64,000 bases of DNA from NCBI GenBank assembly GCA_965235115.1, contig OZ249440.1:34288001-34352000 (forward strand), given 5' to 3'. How positions within the stretch are numbered: the first letter of the stretch is position 1; every line of letters begins with the position of its first letter. The notes under the pieces were generated by a model. It did not search any database, was not told the origin of the DNA, and worked only from the letters and a program-made list of their open reading frames with translations. Position numbers and translations under genes: made by a program. Positions 48,259 to 60,072 of the stretch are shown piece by piece. Source of the stretch: Laetmonice hystrix. Lineage: Eukaryota.

Positions 48259-51200
48259 TTGGAATATCATGCGAGTATAGGTAGTCATTATAAAGGTGTA
48301 AAAGTTACGTTTTGGAATGTCCAAAGTGTAATGAACAAAATTGATAGCATTAGGCTATCTCTGGATGACTTAGATACTGACGTACTTTGTTTACAAGAAA
48401 CCTGGCTTAGAAGAGAAATTAATGATTCTCTCATAGCTCTACCCAACTATGCAATCTACAGAAATGACAGGAAAGCATTAAATGGTACAAAAAAAGGTGG
48501 AGGAGTATGCACCTATGTAAGAAATAAATGGTCCATAACGCCCATACATGACGACAGTATAAATATCTCGAGTGAAGATATCGAGGTCTTAGTTCTCAAA
48601 CTTAATCTTAAATTTACTAAACAAATTTTCATCGTTAATATCTACCGGCCTCCTTCGGGAAGTATTCTAAACTTCTTTACACATCTGGAAGCTATTATAG
48701 ACTCTCTTACCTCTACGGCAGATTGTGAGCTCTACCTAGGAGGTGACATAAACTTAGATTATCTGAAACTGGGACGGCATAGGAGGAAACTTACTCACTT
48801 TGAAAACCGATACAACTTAAGGCAATTGATTTCAGAACCTACAAGATTAGGTAAAATTGACTCTCTCCTTGATCATATATATAAATACAATCTGGCCCAT
48901 CAGCATGGTATCATTACAGTTAATTTAAGCGATCATCTGCCTGTGTACCTTATCCGAAAGAAAACAAAAAACAAATATGAAAAAATTGAATTTAGAGGCA
49001 GAAGTTATAGAAACTACTCGGCCGAAATATTCTCTGATAAACTAAGTCCGTTAAACTGGGCCTGGGTTCACGAACAAGTAAACATTAATACTACTGTTAG
49101 TTACCTGAATAATGAGATAAATACCATATTAAACGAAATAGCTCCGATAAAGACATTTAAATTCAGTAAAACGAAACCGTTATGGATGTCCAACAAGCTG
49201 ATTGAATACATGAAAGACCGGGATCATGCGATGACCAGAGCAAAGAAAACAAAAAATCTAGATGATAAGAAAACGGCGGCCCTCTTGCGTAATTATTGTA
49301 ATAGGCTAGTGAGAAATGCTAAGGCAATGTTTCTTAGGGAGAAACTTGAGCAGAACAAAAGCAATCCTAGGAAATTTTGGTCCCAAATCAAGGAAGTTTT
49401 TAACCCCGTTAAGGAGTCAAATAATCTCACCTTACGGGACGATGCCAATGAAATAATATCTTCTGAGTTATTACCTGACGCTATAAATAACTTCTTCAAG
49501 GATATTGGCCCAAACCTAGCTAATAAGCTTGAGAAGGGCAATTCAACGCCGCTGACAAATATAACACCCCTTCTAACGCCACCTATATCATTAAAACATA
49601 CCACGCGACCTGAACTTCTAAAATTAATTAGGGAGATTAAAGTTTACAAGGCATCAGGCGATCCTCAAATCTCATCACGAGTATGGAAAGATCTCCTGAT
49701 GGACAGGGCTGATGATTACTTAGAAATTCTGAATAGGTTGATCGACACAGCGACCTTTCCTGACTGTTGGAAAATGGCGACTGTCACTCCCCTTCCAAAA
49801 GTACCCAACCCGCAACATTTTTCTGAATTACGTCCAATATCTATCCTTCCCTTACCTGGTAAGATCCTAGAACGTATCGTACACAACCAACTTTACAACT
49901 GTATTGAATCGAACAACGGTCCAAAACGGCTTCAGGAAAAAACATAGTACCACAGGTACAATCTTTAAATTTTTAATTTTTAATCTTTAAACTTTAATAA
50001 CGTTTATAACGATATGAATGAAAATCGTAGCGCCGCTGTAATCTATATCGACTTCGCCAAAGCTTTTGACACGGTGGACCACACTATCCTTCTTAGGAAG
50101 CTAAGACATAATTTTAAATTTACTGAAAGTACTGTAAATTGGATAGCTAGTTACTTAAAGGGAGTCGTAAAATTCATTTTTTTCGATTTATGGCAGTCTT
50201 AGAAACATATGATTCGCACACCTTGAACTCCCAGTAACATCATGTGAGACTGTTATGGCCCAGCGACCAGTATTTAGTAAGGAAAATATGCCAAATCTCT
50301 CGCAAATACGTAGCTCAGAATTAGCGAGCGGCCCACAGGGTATTTGAGTTGGCCGCGGTCGGGCAATGATCACGCGTGATCACGTGACTTCTGGGTGTGG
50401 AAGGGAATCTCCCTCTAGTCTAGCGTTGACCTAAATACCGCATGTACAACCCGCAACTTCCGGGTGTGGAAGGGAATCTCCCTCTAGTCTAGCGTTGACC
50501 TAAATACCGCATGTACACCCGGAAGTCACGTGATCATGCGTCATCATCGCCCGACCGCGGCCAACTCAAATATCCTGTGGGCCGCTCGCTAATTCTGAGC
50601 TACGTAGACTGCCATAAATCGAAAAAAATGAATTTTACGACTCCCTTTAAGTAACAGAAAACAGAGAGTACTTTTAAATGGGAAATACTCAGACTGGCAA
50701 AATATCCTTTGCAGAGTTCCGCAAGGATCCATTTTGGGCCCCCTGATGTTTACCTGTTACACGAATGATATGAGTAGTGTACTACAATACTCCCAAATGT
50801 ACCAATTTGCGGATGACACCGCCCTCTATAGATCAGACGTTAACCAAGCTCGGAACATTCACCTATTACAATTAGACTTAAACAATCTCGTAAACTGGTG
50901 TAACAACAATAAACTAACAATTAATGTAAACAAAACAGCTTGAAAGGACCTATAAAAACTTAGGGGTTACAATAGATGCAGAGTTAAAATTTACTGACCA
51001 TTTCAACGATATGATAAAAAAATTAACTTATAAAAACTATATTTTTAAACGCACCAGATATTATATGAATGATTATACTGCACTAATAGTCTTAAAAACA
51101 ATATTACTCCCACTAGTAGATCACGATAACATGTTTACCACTAGCTGTAATGCCGAAGATCTACAACGATTGGTAGTTCAATATAATAATGCCATAAGAA

Positions 51201-51562
51201 TTGCACTAGGAGTTAGAAGCCCCAGGGATATTAGTACAACGGATCTGTATATAGCTGCAAAGGTTCAAACACTAGAGACGAAAAGATCGTCCAATTCCTT
51301 ATGTTGTGTTTATCGTTTACTCAACCGTGTTTATCGTTTACTCAACCTGTCAGACTTAAGTCTGTCGATTACAAATGCAGGAACAAGGGCACAACAAGGC
51401 CCTCTTACGAGGTTAGCTACACCCAAATCTACATGGTATCTTAAATCACCTATTTTTACCGCCTTGAGGGCATGGAATAACCTTCCAGTTACAATCAGGG
51501 TTCAAGACGATTATTCTACATTCAAAAAGCTCTTAAAAACAGAGCTATATAAACCATTCTAA
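48259..51562 (+). pseudogene. CR1/L2-type ORF2 (APE and RT), frameshifted and MITE-interrupted
   Basis: WNVQS, LQETWL, GGGVCTYV, YRPP, GDIN, SDH, LRPISILP, IDFAKAFDTVDH, VPQGSILGP and FADD motifs. Confidence 0.92.
50159..50646. mobile_element. Kolobok-type MITE (TTAA TSD, RR termini)
   Basis: TIR agggagtcgtaaaattcatttttttcgatttatggcagtct; ttaa at 50155-50158 and 50647-50650. Removing it restores IASYL|SNRKQRV. Confidence 0.9.
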
Positions 51563-51674
51563 TGTGTAGCGAAGCATGCAGAAAGTTTAATGTTGTGGCT
51601 GGGCAAAGACGAGCCAGCAAAAAAGAAGAGAAAGTCTGAAACAGCACAGATCTATGAAAAGGACAAAAGGTAAA

Positions 51675-52900
51675 GAGTGAGTGAGTGAGTAGTGGTGGTT
51701 TTGCTCCGTGTCGGCATCTGGGGCCATCTTCACGGCGAAAACAGAGTTATAAGACCATAAAACTAAAGGAACCTATTTTATCCTGGGTCCCAACGGGAAC
51801 ACCACCAAAACACATCTATAAAAGAGTCAGAAGTCCAGCCTCTGACAAAAACTCTAAAATCACTCCTGGTCTGATATTGCTAAAAAGTGAGTGAGTGAGT
51901 GAGTAGTGGTGGTTTTGCGCTGTGTCGGCATCCGGGGCCATCTTCACGGCGAAAACAGAGTTATAAGACCATAAAACCAAAGGAACCTATTTTATCCCGG
52001 GTCTCAACGGGAACACCACCAAAACACATCTATAAAAGAGTCAGAAGTCCAGCCTCTGACAAGAACTCTAAAATCACTCCTGGTCTGACATTGCTAAAAA
52101 GATCCTTAAGACTCGTCTCATTATAAAACCTTTGTCTGATGAGAGTAAAATCGCCACATTCGAGTAAAAGATGCTTCAGTGTCAGAGGACACTGACAGCC
52201 ATAACATTCTGGAGCTGGCTCCCCCTTCAATAAAAACACATAGGTTAATCTAGAATGACCAACTCTGCATCGAGTAAAAACAATTTCATGCCTCCGTTGG
52301 GTTAGGCCATGATGATGCCTTTGGTTTACGATGGGACTGATCTGATACAATTTATTGTTTGGTTGTTCATCCCATTCGGCCTGCCATCTGTTCCTAACGT
52401 AAGCCCATATGGTAGGTCTGAGTCAGAGGCTGGGATTGGACATGGGTCAACGTCTGTATCGAGCGCTCTCTTGGCAGTTCTGTCGGCTTGCTCATTGCCC
52501 GGTATGCCAACATGGCCGGGCACCCAGCAAAAGTGAATATCAAAGTTTGCATTGGCAAGCACTGCCAACCTGGACAAGATTTGGACGATCACTGGGTGAT
52601 CTGTGTTCAAGTTAGCAAGTGCTTGCAGACAGGATAAGGAATCCGAGAAAATGAGGAAGTCCTTTTTGCCGGAAACTTCAATATTTTGAAGGGCAAGAAG
52701 CAGGGCCCGGGCCTCTGCTGAGAAGGGTGCCGAAGTTGTCCTTGCCATGAACTGCTGCTGCAGACACATCACTGCCATCCTTTGAGCCATCAGTATATAA
52801 GGAATAATGAGACGGATACCTTGCCTGGACGTCAAGAAAATGTTCAAAATATGTCAGGGGATGAGTCTCCAGTTGAGCCAACTGAAGGATGACATCAGGC
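51675..52900 (-). mobile_element. Two stacked 3' copies of the I-group LINE (subfamily B)
   Basis: (gagt)n tails at about 51675 and 51888; RNase H and zinc-knuckle remnants. Confidence 0.85.
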
Positions 52901-53079
52901 TCAAAAAGTTTGGAAAGAGGGAAGGCCCTGGCTGATACTTGAGAAGGATGGTGGCGATTAGAAGATTGCTCGACGTACTGAAGGGTGTACCCAGAACACG
53001 TAGGACCTAAATGTGCATTTATTCGTGGGTGTTAAATTGTGCGAAATAAAGCACCACGAAAGTGAACGTCATTCATCTG

Positions 53080-53460
53080 CATTATGTGTGATGAGCGACA
53101 GATGCTGCTATCCTTGAGGAGTTAATGTTTGTGAGGTATGTTATATAAATTAACTTTATCGAATATTATTTGTACATGCTCTACATGTTTAACACATCAT
53201 TATTAATACGTTCTAAAACATTTGACAGTGACAATAAAATGGTCATTACAAATTATTTATTTCTTTATGATGTTTCAGGTCAGCTAACACAGGTGTTGTA
53301 AATGTCAACTTTTAAGCAATCCAGAATGTGGAGAGACCTGATACAGCCAGTATCACTCAGATCTGTCTTGGATGCCTGTTCTTCAGTTGGTCTCACAGAA
53401 GAACAACGCAAGCACAAGTTGGTCGGTTTTTGTGCCGATGGTGCTTCAGTTATACAGGTA
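53080..53460 (+). pseudogene. hAT (ZNF862-like) transposase fragment
   Basis: ICIMCDE..DAAILEELMFVR, then an intron, then KLVGFCADGASV (D(G)A motif of hAT transposases). Confidence 0.55.
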
Positions 53461-53826
53461 ACGCAGCCTTCTCAAAAAGCGCTGGCGGACGGCAGTTTTG
53501 CCTGCCTACTGCCCAAATACCGCCGGCAACTTTTTCAAAATGAAAAATCATTTTTAGTCCAATATGTCCTCTGACATAAATTTGAGTGCAACTGATCTAT
53601 TTACCCCACAAATTGATGCCAATTTTACTCTCAGAATGCACCAGATTTCACCTACGGACACGAAAAAAATCAAAACTTTTGAGGGGGATTTCTCCTCCCG
53701 CACCCCACTCCACCCCCAAAGGTCGGCGCGGCAGCGACCTGTGGCTGCTGCAGCAGGGCCACCTCCTTCTACCACCTCCTACTTTGTCAGCTTCCCCTTC
53801 TACTTTGCTTCTTATTGAAAACCCTG

Positions 53827-54450
53827 GTGAGAGAGTAGTGGTGGTTTTGTGCCGTGTCGGCATCCGGGGACATCTTCACGGCGAAAACAGAGTTATAAGA
53901 CTATAAAACCAAAGAAACCTATTTTATCCCAGGTTTCAACGGGAACACCACCAAAACACATCTATAAAGAAGTCCAGCCTCTGACAAAAACTCTAAAATC
54001 ACTTCTCGTCTGACATTGCTAAAAAGATCCTTAGGCTGAGTTCACATAGGAGTATCGGTATACGGTATTCGCTATACGGGCATGGCGAGTCACGCCTGCC
54101 AGTGTTTTAATTCCCGACATGAATTGAAAGGTGCCCCCCTGCCCCTCCCCTTGAACCGATTTCTTTGAAATTTTCAGACTCAATACCCCTATATATCGGC
54201 CCTTAGATCTTTAAAGTTAGTTAAAAAATATCAAGAATTGTGTAAATGCTGAACTTTTAAACACAGGCACACCAAGGTATACGCTGCACTAAAATCGAAC
54301 AAGCACGATTCCCACTATACGTTACTATACACAGCTATACAGCCTTTTCGAATAGTGCCCTCTGAAGCTATTCGCGTGCCCTGCAAAACGTGCACCGTAT
54401 ACCCGTGTCGTATACTCCTATGTGAACTCAGCCTTAAGACTTGTCTCACG
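53827..54450 (-). mobile_element. 3' fragment of the I-group LINE (subfamily B), interrupted by a MITE
   Basis: Tail and 3' UTR match 51675 onward; aaaaagatcc|tta|agacttgtctca rejoins across the MITE. Confidence 0.8.
54034..54433. mobile_element. PIF/Harbinger-type MITE (copy 2)
   Basis: Same TIR and body as 36651-37069; TSD tta. Confidence 0.9.
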
Positions 54451-55093
54451 TCTGAGTGCATGTGTACCCTGTTCACGATCGACCTTATTCAAAGAATGAA
54501 GGAAAGATACCCAGCAGACGGTTTCCTTGGATGGCTACACACACACATGTTGATGGATGACACCGTCATCATCCCTCGTGGGGACCGGGGTAAGAATGTT
54601 CCCCAGCCCCCCCTGGCTGTTCGTAAGAGGCGAATAAATGGGGCGACTTGTTTGCCGTGAGTCGCGACCCGTGTCGGTGGAGGAAGAGGTCCTGGTACCT
54701 GAGGACGGTGAATTGCTGCGGCTTTTCACAGGTCCAACACGGTGCTTTGGCTCCTACTTCACCTAGACGGGAGGTTGGAGAGGCCCGATCCAATCAATCG
54801 GCTGGTCACGCCTTGCCCTAGGATTTTTTGTATTGAGTACCCTTTACAGTGGATTTAATTCTCTTATACAATTACAATAGGCAACATCTATCGTAACTAT
54901 TTCTTCTTTATTCCTAGAAGGCGGTGGCTTAGGGTCAATCAAGTAATGGCGACACCCTCTTTCGTTCCATTGCTTGAGTATACCAACCCTATATCCTTGG
55001 TTTGCAACTGCTGGTTACCGCAGCTCTGCACTTCCCCTTGTTGGGCTCCGTGGAGGGTGGGGAATAGGGTTGGTGAAACACTCTAACACAAAC

Positions 55094-56389
55094 ATGGCAT
55101 CAAACAATCCCCCAAAAAGAAAACTACTGAAACTAACGGACTCTGACTCGGACCGGTCTATGGAGAATGAACACTTGACGGAATGGCCTCGTTTCATCAT
55201 TGTTGAATCGGCAGAAGCTGAACGACCAATATCTAAGCTATCCCCTTTTGCCATACATAAAGGTATATTGGGGATAGCTGGAACAGTCAAAGATTGTAAA
55301 CGTTTGAGGTCTGGCCAACTGTTGGTGGAGTGTGCCACGAAGGCCCAATCTGCAAACCTGCTGAGTGCCACAGTACTCGCAGGTTACAGTATTAAGGCCT
55401 CTCGTCACCGGACGCTCAACTCCAGCAAGGGTGTTATAAGAACAAACTCTCTTGACACTACAACTGAACAGGAGATCCTTGCTGGGTTGAGCTGGCAAGG
55501 TGTGTCGGAAGTCAGAAGATTGATAGTGAAACGAGATGGTAACACCATCAAGACACACACATATTTTCTGACATTCGACAGGCCCACTCTACCAGATGAA
55601 CTCGAGGTTGGCTTTCTAAAGGTAAAAGTTGATCCCTACATCCCGAATCCTCTGCGTTGCTTTAAGTGCCAGAGGTTTGGGCATGGGACCGACTCATGTA
55701 GAAATGAACAAAAATGTTCGCAGTGCGCTGAAACAGGCCATGACCATACTGGCTGTGAAAAACCTGCCAAATGCGCCAACTGTGGTCAGGGTCATTCCAC
55801 TGTTTCACGCGAATGTTCCGTGTGGAAGAAGGAGAAGGAAATCCTAAAGGTTAAGACAGAAAGAAAACTTAGTTTCCCTGAGGCACGAAAGTTGGTGGAG
55901 CAATATATGCTTCCACCAACAGTTAAAACGTATGCTGCCGCTGTTAAGCCTACCACACGGACTTTCGCTTGTCAAACGGAGATGGTGTGGGTCAAGGGGG
56001 ATAAACCTGTGACCTACCCTGATCCCGCTGACAGCACAAATGAACCACCTAAAAAAGCCGTCTCGAGTCAGCCACCTAAAAAAGCCGTCTCAACACAGAG
56101 CCAGACAACCTCGGTTCCTCCTCCACAGGCCGGGCCGAGTAATAAAGAACCAACTCCAAAAACTGATCAACCGAGTACAAAAGAGCCATCTACCAAAAAA
56201 CATCAACAAAAAAAGAAAATAATAACAGATCGGCTGCCCAAGGCAGCCTCCAACAATAGTGCAATAGCACTTACAAACAAATTTCAACATCTTCAAGATG
56301 TTGAAATGGCTGATGCTACGCCTTGTCGTAGTCGCAGCCTTTCCCCCAAAATAAAGTCTAGGGGGCGTTTGCCTGTTAAACCACCTTGA
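55094..56389 (+). CDS. I-group ORF1 gag-like nucleic-acid-binding protein with three CCHC knuckles
   Basis: CFKCQRFGHGTDSC, CSQCAETGHDHTGC and CANCGQGHSTVSREC; first ATG (MASNNPPK) at 55094; its stop overlaps the ORF2 ATG (TGATG). Confidence 0.93.
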   Translation: MASNNPPKRKLLKLTDSDSDRSMENEHLTEWPRFIIVESAEAERPISKLSPFAIHKGILGIAGTVKDCKRLRSGQLLVECATKAQSANLLSATVLAGYSIKASRHRTLNSSKGVIRTNSLDTTTEQEILAGLSWQGVSEVRRLIVKRDGNTIKTHTYFLTFDRPTLPDELEVGFLKVKVDPYIPNPLRCFKCQRFGHGTDSCRNEQKCSQCAETGHDHTGCEKPAKCANCGQGHSTVSRECSVWKKEKEILKVKTERKLSFPEARKLVEQYMLPPTVKTYAAAVKPTTRTFACQTEMVWVKGDKPVTYPDPADSTNEPPKKAVSSQPPKKAVSTQSQTTSVPPPQAGPSNKEPTPKTDQPSTKEPSTKKHQQKKKIITDRLPKAASNNSAIALTNKFQHLQDVEMADATPCRSRSLSPKIKSRGRLPVKPP

Positions 56390-59300
56390 TGGCAGGCAAA
56401 TGCTTCCTTCAATGGAATTGTCGAGGTTTTAGAGCCAATTTTAATGAGCTCAGACTTTTAGCAGAAAACCTTGATCCTCTTGCCCTTTGTCTACAAGAAA
56501 CATTTCTTACTGCCCGAGACAAAGTCTCATTTAAGGGCTATCAGACTTTCCTTGGTTTTGCACCAGATGGTGACCGTGCTGCTGGCGGCACAGCCATTCT
56601 GGTTCGACAAGATCTCATCCATAGCCCTGTTACAATAGACACACCGTTACAAGCAATAGCCATACGCCTAACTCTACATAAAGCCATCACTATCTGCTCC
56701 ATATACATTCCCCCAAACAGTAACTTGGCCCACCAGGATCTTAATGATTTAGTGGGTCAACTGCCAAATCCATATCTTCTTTTGGGAGATTTTAATGACC
56801 ACAATCCCTTATGGGGTGGTACCACAACTGATGGCAAGGGCAAGAGGATTGAAGAGTTCATTGATAATCATGCTCTATGTATTTTTAATGATGGTTCAAA
56901 CACATACTTACATCCCGGTCATGGCACTTATACAGCCATTGACCTTGCAATAGCTGAACCAGATCTGCTGCTGGATTTTTCCTGGAGGGTCTGGGATGAC
57001 CTTTGCGGGAGTGACCACTTTCCCACCATCCTTACCTATGAAGGACCCAACATAGGGGAAAAGCAACAACGGTGGCAACTTAAGAAAGCCGACTGGCACT
57101 CCTTCCAGACCCTCTGTCGGGAGGAATTCACAGCAGACACCATTAACGATCCTGAAGCAATGGATGATTTTACCTCGCTTTTAATCTCCATTGCAGACAG
57201 GACAGTTTCTAAAACCTCGACAATTCCTAAACATGTCTCAAATCCATGGTTTAATGAAAACTGCAAGCAGGCAATTAAAGACCGGAAGAAAGCAGAACGC
57301 CTTTTCAACAGGCATCCAACTGCAGTGAACCTTACCAATTTTAAAATTATGAGAGCAAGGGCACGCCGTATCTGCAAAGAGAGACGGAGGCAGAGCTGGA
57401 GAGACTACGTCTCCAGCCTGACCTCTCGTACTCCTATCAAAAAAGTCTGGAGTATGATACGGAAACTTAAAGGCAAGGGGGGTGGTTCTGGAGTCCAACA
57501 CTTAAAACATCAAGACACCCTACTAACCACCACAGATGAAATAGCGAATAAACTGGCCAAAACCTTTCAAACAAACTCCTCCTCCAGAAACTGCCTCCCT
57601 CAATTCCAAGCCATTCGTGCTCAAAAAGAGAAACAAAAACTAAACTTTCATTCTGACAACAGAGAAGAGTACAACCAACTCTTCTCTATTGAAGAACTCA
57701 AATGCTCTCTTAGAAAATCACACGACACTGCAGTTGGACCTGACAAAATACATTACCAATTCTTAAAACATCTACCCGACACCACCCTCCTCATCCTTCT
57801 TCACATTTTCAACAATATCTGGATAACTGGTAATATACCCCTTTCCTGGCAAGAAGCAATAATCATCCCCATCCCCAAACCAGGAAAAGACCATAGTGAA
57901 GCTAACAATTACAGACCAATAGCCTTAACAAGTTGCTTGTGCAAAACCATGGAAAGAATGATTAATGATCGCCTCGTCTGGAAGCTGGAGTCTGAGCAGC
58001 TCATCACCGAGTTTCAGTGTGGCTTCCGGCGAGGGAGAAGTACTCTCGATCATCTAATAAGACTCGAGACATACATCCGAGATGCTTTTATCAACCGCGA
58101 ACATGTTGTTGCCGTCTTTTTCGACCTTGAAAAGGCATACGACACAACATGGAAGTACGGCATTTTAAAGGATTTACATGATATGGGTTTTAGGGGGCGT
58201 TTGCCCCTTTTCATATCTCAGTTTTTATCCAACAGACATTTTCAAGTCAGAGTAGGCACGACCCTGTCTGACTTGCACGACCAAGAATTAGGTGTGCCTC
58301 AGGGAAGCATTTTGTCCGTTACTCTTTTTAGTATTAAGATCAACAGCATTGTTACCTCGGTTAAAACTGGCATGCCCTGCAGCCTGTTCGTCGATGACTT
58401 TGACGTCTGCTGCAGAGGCAAAAACATGAATGCCATTGAGAGGCAGCTCCAACTCTGTCTCAACAGAATCCACACTTGGTCGGTGGAAAATGGTTTTAAG
58501 TTTTCAAAGTCTAAAACAGTCTGCATGCATTTCTGCAAACTGCGTGCTTTCCACCTTGACCCCGAGTTGACAATGGATGGAGATCCTATCAAGGTCGTTA
58601 AAGAGACAAAGTTTCTGGGACTCACTTTTGACAGCAAGCTGTCTTTTATCCCTCACATTAAATCACTCAAATCCAGGTGCCTTAGGGCTCTGGATGTTCT
58701 CAAGGTTTTATCTGGCACAAACTGGGGGGCAGACAGTACAGTCCTTTTACAACTGTACAGAGCTTTAATCCGGTCGAAGCTCGATTACGGTAGCATAGTT
58801 TATGGTTCTGCTTGTAAGTCTTACATTCAGCTTTTGGACACGGTTCACCACCAGGGTTTGCGGCTTTCACTTGGGGCTTTTAGAACGTCCCCTGTTCAGA
58901 GCCTCTATGTGGAGGCCCGAGAGCCATCACTCGACAACAGGCGTCTGAAGCTGGCTCTGCAATATGCAGTCAAGCTCGGGACAAACAGTTCAAATCCAGC
59001 TTACAATTGCGTTTTTCACCCTCAGTTCCAACATTTATATGAAAGAAAAGAAACGTACATACGTCCCTTTGGACTGAGAGTGAAACCTCATCTAGAGGAA
59101 CTGGATATTGATCTGAACGTCCTGGGGCAGACACATTTTTGCAACATTCCTCCTTGGGACCTGGAAAAGCCTGACGTCATTCTTCAGTTGGCTAAACTGA
59201 AGAAGTCAGAGACTCATCCCCTGACATATTTTGAACATTTTCTTGACGTCCAGGCAAGGTATCCCTCACATTATGCCTTCTATACTGATGGCTCAAAGGA

Positions 59301-60072
59301 TGGCAGTGATGTGTCTGCTGCTGCAGTTCATGGCAAGCACAACTTCGGCACCCGCATCTCAGGGCAAAGTTCCATCTTCTCAGCAGAGGCCCGGGCCCTG
59401 CTTCTTGCCCTTCAAAATATTGAAGTTTCTAGTGAAAAGGATTTCCTCATTTTCTCGGATTCCTTATCCTGTCTGCAAGCACTTGCTAACTTGAACACAG
59501 ATCACCCAGTGATCGTTCAAATGTTGTCCAAGTTGGCAGTGCTTGCCAATGCAAACTTTGATATTCACTTTTGCTGGGTGCCTGGTCATGTTGGCATCCC
59601 GGGCAATGAGCAAGCTGACAGAACTGCCAAGAGGGCTCTTGAAACAGACGTCGAACTGTGTCCAATCCCAGCCTCTGACCTCAGACCTACCATCTGGGCA
59701 TACATTAAGAACAAATGGCAGGCCGAATGGGATGAACAACCAAACAATAAATTGTATCAGATCAGTCCTGTCGTGAACCAAAGGTGTCTTCACGGCCTAA
59801 CCCAACGTAGGCATGAAATTGTTTATACTCGATGCAGGATTGGTCATTCTAGATTAACCCACATGTTTTTATTGAAGGGGGAGCCACCTCCAGAGTGTCA
59901 TGGCTGTCGGTGTCCTTTGACACTGAAGCATCTTTTACTTGAGTGTGGTGATTTTACTCTGATCAGACAACGGTTTTATAGTGAGACAAGTCTTAAGGAT
60001 CTTTTTAACAATGTCAGACCAGGAGTGATTTTAGAGTTTTTGTCAGAAGCAGGACTTCTGACTCTTTTATAG
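56389..60072 (+). CDS. I-group ORF2: APE, RT, RNase H and zinc knuckle, intact
   Basis: Same motifs and length as 31937-35620, with scattered substitutions. Confidence 0.97.
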   Translation: MAGKCFLQWNCRGFRANFNELRLLAENLDPLALCLQETFLTARDKVSFKGYQTFLGFAPDGDRAAGGTAILVRQDLIHSPVTIDTPLQAIAIRLTLHKAITICSIYIPPNSNLAHQDLNDLVGQLPNPYLLLGDFNDHNPLWGGTTTDGKGKRIEEFIDNHALCIFNDGSNTYLHPGHGTYTAIDLAIAEPDLLLDFSWRVWDDLCGSDHFPTILTYEGPNIGEKQQRWQLKKADWHSFQTLCREEFTADTINDPEAMDDFTSLLISIADRTVSKTSTIPKHVSNPWFNENCKQAIKDRKKAERLFNRHPTAVNLTNFKIMRARARRICKERRRQSWRDYVSSLTSRTPIKKVWSMIRKLKGKGGGSGVQHLKHQDTLLTTTDEIANKLAKTFQTNSSSRNCLPQFQAIRAQKEKQKLNFHSDNREEYNQLFSIEELKCSLRKSHDTAVGPDKIHYQFLKHLPDTTLLILLHIFNNIWITGNIPLSWQEAIIIPIPKPGKDHSEANNYRPIALTSCLCKTMERMINDRLVWKLESEQLITEFQCGFRRGRSTLDHLIRLETYIRDAFINREHVVAVFFDLEKAYDTTWKYGILKDLHDMGFRGRLPLFISQFLSNRHFQVRVGTTLSDLHDQELGVPQGSILSVTLFSIKINSIVTSVKTGMPCSLFVDDFDVCCRGKNMNAIERQLQLCLNRIHTWSVENGFKFSKSKTVCMHFCKLRAFHLDPELTMDGDPIKVVKETKFLGLTFDSKLSFIPHIKSLKSRCLRALDVLKVLSGTNWGADSTVLLQLYRALIRSKLDYGSIVYGSACKSYIQLLDTVHHQGLRLSLGAFRTSPVQSLYVEAREPSLDNRRLKLALQYAVKLGTNSSNPAYNCVFHPQFQHLYERKETYIRPFGLRVKPHLEELDIDLNVLGQTHFCNIPPWDLEKPDVILQLAKLKKSETHPLTYFEHFLDVQARYPSHYAFYTDGSKDGSDVSAAAVHGKHNFGTRISGQSSIFSAEARALLLALQNIEVSSEKDFLIFSDSLSCLQALANLNTDHPVIVQMLSKLAVLANANFDIHFCWVPGHVGIPGNEQADRTAKRALETDVELCPIPASDLRPTIWAYIKNKWQAEWDEQPNNKLYQISPVVNQRCLHGLTQRRHEIVYTRCRIGHSRLTHMFLLKGEPPPECHGCRCPLTLKHLLLECGDFTLIRQRFYSETSLKDLFNNVRPGVILEFLSEAGLLTLL

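Larger units (their letters stand above)
46150..51565 (+). mobile_element. CR1/L2-type LINE, near full length, decayed
   Basis: 5' caagatggcg start, ORF1, repeat-containing spacer, then an APE-RT ORF2 with a CR1-type C-terminus (WNNLP...FKKLLK). No TSD identified. Confidence 0.85.
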
